From contig JAUVNS010000002.1 in NCBI GenBank assembly GCA_030599585.1, positions 128,001 to 192,000 of the forward strand: a stretch of 64,000 nucleotides of DNA. Reading direction: 5' to 3'. Both the position numbers and the translations under genes were made by a program. Numbering within the stretch: position 1 is the stretch's first letter; every line of letters begins with the position of its first letter. The notes under the pieces were generated by a model, which worked only from the letters and a program-made list of their open reading frames with translations, did not search any database and had not been told where the DNA came from. Below, in pieces: positions 59,532 through 64,000 of the stretch. Source of the DNA: Promethearchaeota archaeon (lineage in GTDB: Archaea; Asgardarchaeota; Lokiarchaeia; Sigyniarchaeales; SOKP01).

Positions 59532-60626
59532 CTAAACTGATTTAAGTTGATAATTTTCAGGTAAAAAAAGTAAGTCTAGAGTTTGATCCGAATCGATGTT
59601 TCTCGCCATCGCATTGATGATACATCTCAAATTCTTTATTTCCACCCATTTCAAATTTAGGAATGCCAAGATATACCCGATATTGTAATATCGCAGATTA
59701 TTCTTCAACTCGAAAAAACTCATCTCGAACGGAGCTTTCTCCAGTATAAATTCCAGATGCGATATCGGCGTATCGGATTCTTTCACTAGTTTCGTGAAGA
59801 TAGTTCGATATACTTGATGCTTGGTTTCAACAGACCTTAAGAGGCGTTGAAGTGTAGATTTTATATCAGGTTCCTTGATAGCAGACACTAAGGCTTTTTC
59901 ATTGATTAACGCTACGGGCATCAAATTGTTTTTGATATTTTCGAGATCGATCATCAATAATTTGTGTTTTAGTATGATCTTAACATTCAAAACATCAATC
60001 TCTATTCCCAGAATATTGGTAGCAATTTTTTTATCAAGTTTATTGAGATTTTTGATCTCATTTAATATTCCCTTGTATACTTCTTTTTCCAGAGCAGCTT
60101 CCAGTGGTGATAAATCACCGATATTCTTTTGAGACCATAGTGTCTCTTTTAAAATAGAGCCAAAATCCTGATCCTGAAGAGACCCTACGATATCGCTGAT
60201 CCAATTGACATCAGAAAGAATAACTTGGCACTTTTTTTTATTATATGTTCCTAAAGGTATGATATGTGGCAGTATATCTTCGGTGTTAGTTCCAGCTTGT
60301 ACCATTCTAAACATGGTTTTAAGATTCATTGCGTCAAACTTATGTGAAATAGACATGAGTAAGTTTTTAATATATTTTGAGGAATATTTCAGCAATTTAT
60401 TGAATGTTTTTGCATAATTCAGAAAGAGAGCATCTTCGAGGAGCCCTGGTTCAACTTTATCCCCACATGCACTGACAATTTCTTCCCCGTACGCAGTAGT
60501 TGTCAAGAAACTAAAGATCCCTTCAAGATCTTTACCGATTAAACCGACTAACTCTTTAAAATCGATAAGCTTGTGATTTTCGAGTGCAACCCGAGGCATT
60601 ATAATGCTATATTTACTAGGTTTCAT
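59532..60626 (-). CDS. atpC: V/A-type ATPase subunit C (d)
   Basis: TAYG, DAMNLK..R, EIDVLNVK, EIKNLR.I; follows subunit D. Confidence 0.85.
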   Translation of the reverse strand: MKPSKYSIIMPRVALENHKLIDFKELVGLIGKDLEGIFSFLTTTAYGEEIVSACGDKVEPGLLEDALFLNYAKTFNKLLKYSSKYIKNLLMSISHKFDAMNLKTMFRMVQAGTNTEDILPHIIPLGTYNKKKCQVILSDVNWISDIVGSLQDQDFGSILKETLWSQKNIGDLSPLEAALEKEVYKGILNEIKNLNKLDKKIATNILGIEIDVLNVKIILKHKLLMIDLENIKNNLMPVALINEKALVSAIKEPDIKSTLQRLLRSVETKHQVYRTIFTKLVKESDTPISHLEFILEKAPFEMSFFELKNNLRYYNIGYILAFLNLKWVEIKNLRCIINAMARNIDSDQTLDLLFLPENYQLKSV

Positions 60627-60634
60627 AAGATTTA

Positions 60635-61282
60635 TCAGTTCCTCTCTTTTCGTTTTCTTTGAAGAACCCTTACGCGAATGGCGTCCTGTTGTTCAATTTC
60701 TTCTAGTATATATTCGATGTAGTCAATTGTCGAATCTAACTGCGGGACGATCTTGAATCGAATTCGATTAATTTGCCTTCTTTTAAGCGATATTACTTCA
60801 AGAAGTTCTCGTATTGCCGCAAGAAGGCTTGCTAGCTCGACAATGGCATCCATTACATCATTAATCTTTGAAGCGGCTTCTTCTAGCTGGATTGGAGCAT
60901 CAAACAAGCTTAAACGAGGTTTATGCTCGCTTACCTCTTGTTTGATGAGTTTCAGAGACGGGAATTGAATCCCAAGAACACCTGTTGATGAACTTGTTTC
61001 TACCTTAAAATCTTTCGGGGTAGTTGTTACTGCTAACTCCTTTACTTTCAAGCTACCACTCACCATTTCGGCTTCGATAAATTGACTATAAGACCTTAAT
61101 AAGATGTCATATAATTGTGTTCGCAAAATAGATGCTCTTTCCCTATATTTAACAAGGGAGATTATCAATACCTCGAGATCTTTCTGTAATATGTCTGCTA
61201 TTCCTTCTGCTAATGTTTTTCGGCGTTTTAATGCTAACATTTCTAAACGCGTTGGGTGTACCTCTAATCTTTCAGCAGACAT
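60635..61282 (-). CDS. atpD: V/A-type ATPase subunit D
   Basis: PTRLEMLALKRR, RRQINRI...VP, LEEIEQ. Confidence 0.9.
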   Translation of the reverse strand: MSAERLEVHPTRLEMLALKRRKTLAEGIADILQKDLEVLIISLVKYRERASILRTQLYDILLRSYSQFIEAEMVSGSLKVKELAVTTTPKDFKVETSSSTGVLGIQFPSLKLIKQEVSEHKPRLSLFDAPIQLEEAASKINDVMDAIVELASLLAAIRELLEVISLKRRQINRIRFKIVPQLDSTIDYIEYILEEIEQQDAIRVRVLQRKRKERN

Positions 61283-61293
61283 TGCAAATCACT

Positions 61294-62688
61294 TTATTTT
61301 CGGTAATTTGGATGGAATTTCTTTAATATTTCGGGATCGATTCTAGCGAGTTCTGACTCGGGTAATATTGATAGGAGATCCCAACCGATGTTAAGAGTAG
61401 TCTCGATATCACGGTTTTCATAATACCCTTGGTTGATGAATTCCTTCTCGAAACGATCCATAAATTTGAGATACAGTTTGTCTGTATCTGTCAACGCCTT
61501 TTCTCCCGAGACCATAGCCGTTCCTTGGATTATTTTTCCCTCAGCATAGGCATAATAAATTTGGTCTGACAATTGCTTGTGATCCTCCCTTGTTTTATTC
61601 AAGCCAATGCCCTTATCCATCAATCTGGATAAACATGGTAAAGGATCTATGGGGGGATAGATTCCCCTTTTGAACATATTTCGGTTCAAGATAATCTGGC
61701 CTTCTGTAATATAATTTGTTAGATCTGAGATCGGGTGCGTTACATCATCGTCAGGCATCGTCAAAATTGGGATCATAGTTATTGATCCTTTCTTTCCTCG
61801 GATTATACCTGCTCTCTCATATAACATAGCCAAGTCCGTGTACATATAACCTGGATACCCGCGACGTCCTGGAATCTCCAAGCGAGAAGCGGAAATTTCA
61901 CGTAGTGCTTCGCAATAATTGGTCATGTCAACCAAAATGACGAGTACATGGTGGTCATGCTGGTATGCAAGGTATTCGGCAGTGGTTAATGCAAACCTCG
62001 GAGTGAGCAGTCTCTCGATGGCAGGGTCTTCAGCGAGATTGATGAACATAACAACTCTTCCAATCGCCCCCATTTTCAAAAAATCATCTCTAAATAACAC
62101 CATTTCATCAGAAGTTATACCCATCGCGGCAAACACGATCGTGAATGGCTCATCTGACCCTGGAACTCTTGTTTGACTCACAATTTGGGAAGCAAGTCGT
62201 TTATGCGGCATCCCCGACCCAGAAAGAAGTGGGAGCTTTTGTCCCAGCAATAAAGTGTTTAAACCATCGATCACGGAAATCCCAGTTTGGATAAACTTTG
62301 TGGGGAATGTGCGTGAATACGGATTGATCGTTGCGGCGTGCACATTAAGATAATCCTCTGGAATTATATCTGGACCATTATCTATTGGTTTGCCGACTCC
62401 TGAAAATATACGACCAAGCATATCAGTAGAAACTGCTAACTTTATATTATCACCCGTAAAACGAATTCCTGTAGATCCAACGCTCAATCCAGATGTTTTC
62501 TCGAATACTTGAATAACCGTGAACTTATCACTCACGTCGATGACCTGACCAGTTTTTTCCTCACCGTCTCGGGTCAAAATTTTTACAACCTCACCAAAAC
62601 CGATCCCAACCACGGATTCACATATTAATAGTGAACCCTCAATTTCATTGACTGTAAAAAAATTTATATTTTTGTTGGATTTAGTCAT
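61294..62688 (-). CDS. atpB: V/A-type ATPase subunit B (probable start ATG 62688; track gives 62727)
   Basis: [48 protein letters not shown]. Confidence 0.96.
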   Translation of the reverse strand: MTKSNKNINFFTVNEIEGSLLICESVVGIGFGEVVKILTRDGEEKTGQVIDVSDKFTVIQVFEKTSGLSVGSTGIRFTGDNIKLAVSTDMLGRIFSGVGKPIDNGPDIIPEDYLNVHAATINPYSRTFPTKFIQTGISVIDGLNTLLLGQKLPLLSGSGMPHKRLASQIVSQTRVPGSDEPFTIVFAAMGITSDEMVLFRDDFLKMGAIGRVVMFINLAEDPAIERLLTPRFALTTAEYLAYQHDHHVLVILVDMTNYCEALREISASRLEIPGRRGYPGYMYTDLAMLYERAGIIRGKKGSITMIPILTMPDDDVTHPISDLTNYITEGQIILNRNMFKRGIYPPIDPLPCLSRLMDKGIGLNKTREDHKQLSDQIYYAYAEGKIIQGTAMVSGEKALTDTDKLYLKFMDRFEKEFINQGYYENRDIETTLNIGWDLLSILPESELARIDPEILKKFHPNYRK

Positions 62689-64000
62689 TATTATTCTCCT
62701 CCTTTGCTTCTTGAATAAGGATCTCAAAATCCTTATCCATATCGGCTAAAAGCTTCGAATTATATGCATCGAATTCATTCATTGGAATGATTTTCATCCG
62801 ACTTATCCCTACTTTAACAGGAAGGGCTAATATTTTTTGTAATGGTACTTCCAATTCTATCGCAGCTCTGGTTTTTTCGTTAAACTTGAGTAAGGTTCTA
62901 AGCATTTTATAGGTTTTTTGAATGGGACAATATACATCAACTGGATGGTAGGCACTCTGCAACAGGAAATTTTCTTTCAACATCTTTGCTACTTCAAAAA
63001 CACCTCGTTGTTTATCACCTAAAATGTCGGCTCCAATAAGTGCCACGATTTCTTTGAGTTCTTCCTCCTCTCGCAACAATGCTCTCGCATCTCCACACAA
63101 TCTTTGCCAATCCCTATCAACACGTAAGAACCAATCTTCGAGAAAAGACATGTATTCGGAATAGCTCATGAACCAGTTGATAGCAGGATAATGCCTGCGA
63201 TGAGCAAGATTGAAATCAAGTGCCCAAAATACTTTGGCTAATCGGAGCGTGTTTCTTGTTACTGGCTCGGAGAAATCGCCTCCAGGTGGAGAAATTGCCG
63301 ATAATACGGTGATTGAGCCTTCTCTTTCATCCGAACCGAGTGTTTTTACGCTTCCCGCACGCGAATAATATTCAGCTAAGCGAGATGAAAGATAAGCGGG
63401 ATACCCTTCCTCACCGGGCATCTCTTCTAACCGCCCAGAAATTTCACGAAGCGCTTCGGCCCACCGCGATGTGGAATCTGCCATTATTGCAACATTGTAC
63501 CCCATATCCCTGTAATATTCAGCGATCGTAATACCGCTATAGATACTTGCTTCTCTTGCAAGGATTGGCATATTTGACGTGTTTGCTATTAAGACTGATC
63601 TACTCAAAAGCGGATGATCTGATCCAGTTTTTTTGAGATGACTGAATCTTTCTAGAACCTCTGCCATCTCGTTCCCGCGTTCACCACAACCTATATACAC
63701 AATAATATCTGCATCGATCCACACCGCAATTGTTTGTAACAAGACTGTTTTTCCTGTTCCAAATCCACCAGTAACAGCTGTGATCCCTCCCTTAGCAACT
63801 GGGAAGAAAGAATCGATGATACGCTGACCAGTTAAAAGTGGTGTGTCTATATGGAGCATTTCCTTGTATGGACGTGCCTGCCGAACAGGCCATGTTTGCA
63901 TCAAGAATACTTCCTTAATTCCATTATGCGTCTTGATCTCAGCAATTGGTTCAGTGACAGTGAAATCTCCCTCGGAATTAATGGTTTCCACGACTCCGAC
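62681..64000 (-). CDS. atpA: V/A-type ATPase catalytic subunit A, 3' part (truncated by window end)
   Basis: [48 protein letters not shown]. Confidence 0.97.
   Translation of the reverse strand, partial: VGVVETINSEGDFTVTEPIAEIKTHNGIKEVFLMQTWPVRQARPYKEMLHIDTPLLTGQRIIDSFFPVAKGGITAVTGGFGTGKTVLLQTIAVWIDADIIVYIGCGERGNEMAEVLERFSHLKKTGSDHPLLSRSVLIANTSNMPILAREASIYSGITIAEYYRDMGYNVAIMADSTSRWAEALREISGRLEEMPGEEGYPAYLSSRLAEYYSRAGSVKTLGSDEREGSITVLSAISPPGGDFSEPVTRNTLRLAKVFWALDFNLAHRRHYPAINWFMSYSEYMSFLEDWFLRVDRDWQRLCGDARALLREEEELKEIVALIGADILGDKQRGVFEVAKMLKENFLLQSAYHPVDVYCPIQKTYKMLRTLLKFNEKTRAAIELEVPLQKILALPVKVGISRMKIIPMNEFDAYNSKLLADMDKDFEILIQEAKEENNND

Noticed and set aside
2946-63531. Many short ORFs in the track that overlap longer genes (e.g. 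4401-4889, 15970-16512, 23611-24000, 38570-39539, 49985-50335)
   Set aside because: Antisense or alternate-frame shadows of well-supported genes, with Ser/Phe/Ile-biased composition and no family motifs
1-64000. CRISPR array, tRNA, rRNA, IS/transposase or integrase
   Set aside because: No regularly spaced repeats, cloverleaf, rRNA-like segment or mobile-element motifs seen by eye; tRNAscan/Infernal not run

Overview
AT-rich, gene-dense window from an archaeal chromosome. The content points to an Asgard archaeon of the Lokiarchaeia type (inference): RadA, tRNA-intron endonuclease, archaeal CdhA, MtrH-like protein, Arf-like GTPases fused to roadblock/longin-type domains, V4R, and a vWA-RING protein. 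Main blocks: (1) dispersed alpha-glucan/sugar-phosphate genes (GH57, maltokinase, GalT-like, NDP-sugar pyrophosphorylase, two GH13, degenerate PGM/PMM); (2) eukaryotic-signature-like proteins around a stand-alone CODH alpha subunit; (3) redox and RNA-processing housekeeping genes; (4) a metal/phosphate homeostasis block, including a ZIP-like protein with about 9 inserted helical repeats; (5) an hgdC/hgdAB-type dehydratase locus interrupted by a four-gene reverse-strand cluster (Ddl-like ATP-grasp ligase, Orr-like PLP racemase, B12-binding aminomutase-like protein, opine dehydrogenase), where the ligase-racemase pair is flanked by ~73-bp direct repeats. This cluster is the best candidate for an undescribed pathway; (6) a V/A-type ATPase operon in an unusual convergent arrangement, cut off by the window end. 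No rRNA, tRNA, CRISPR array or transposase was recognised.
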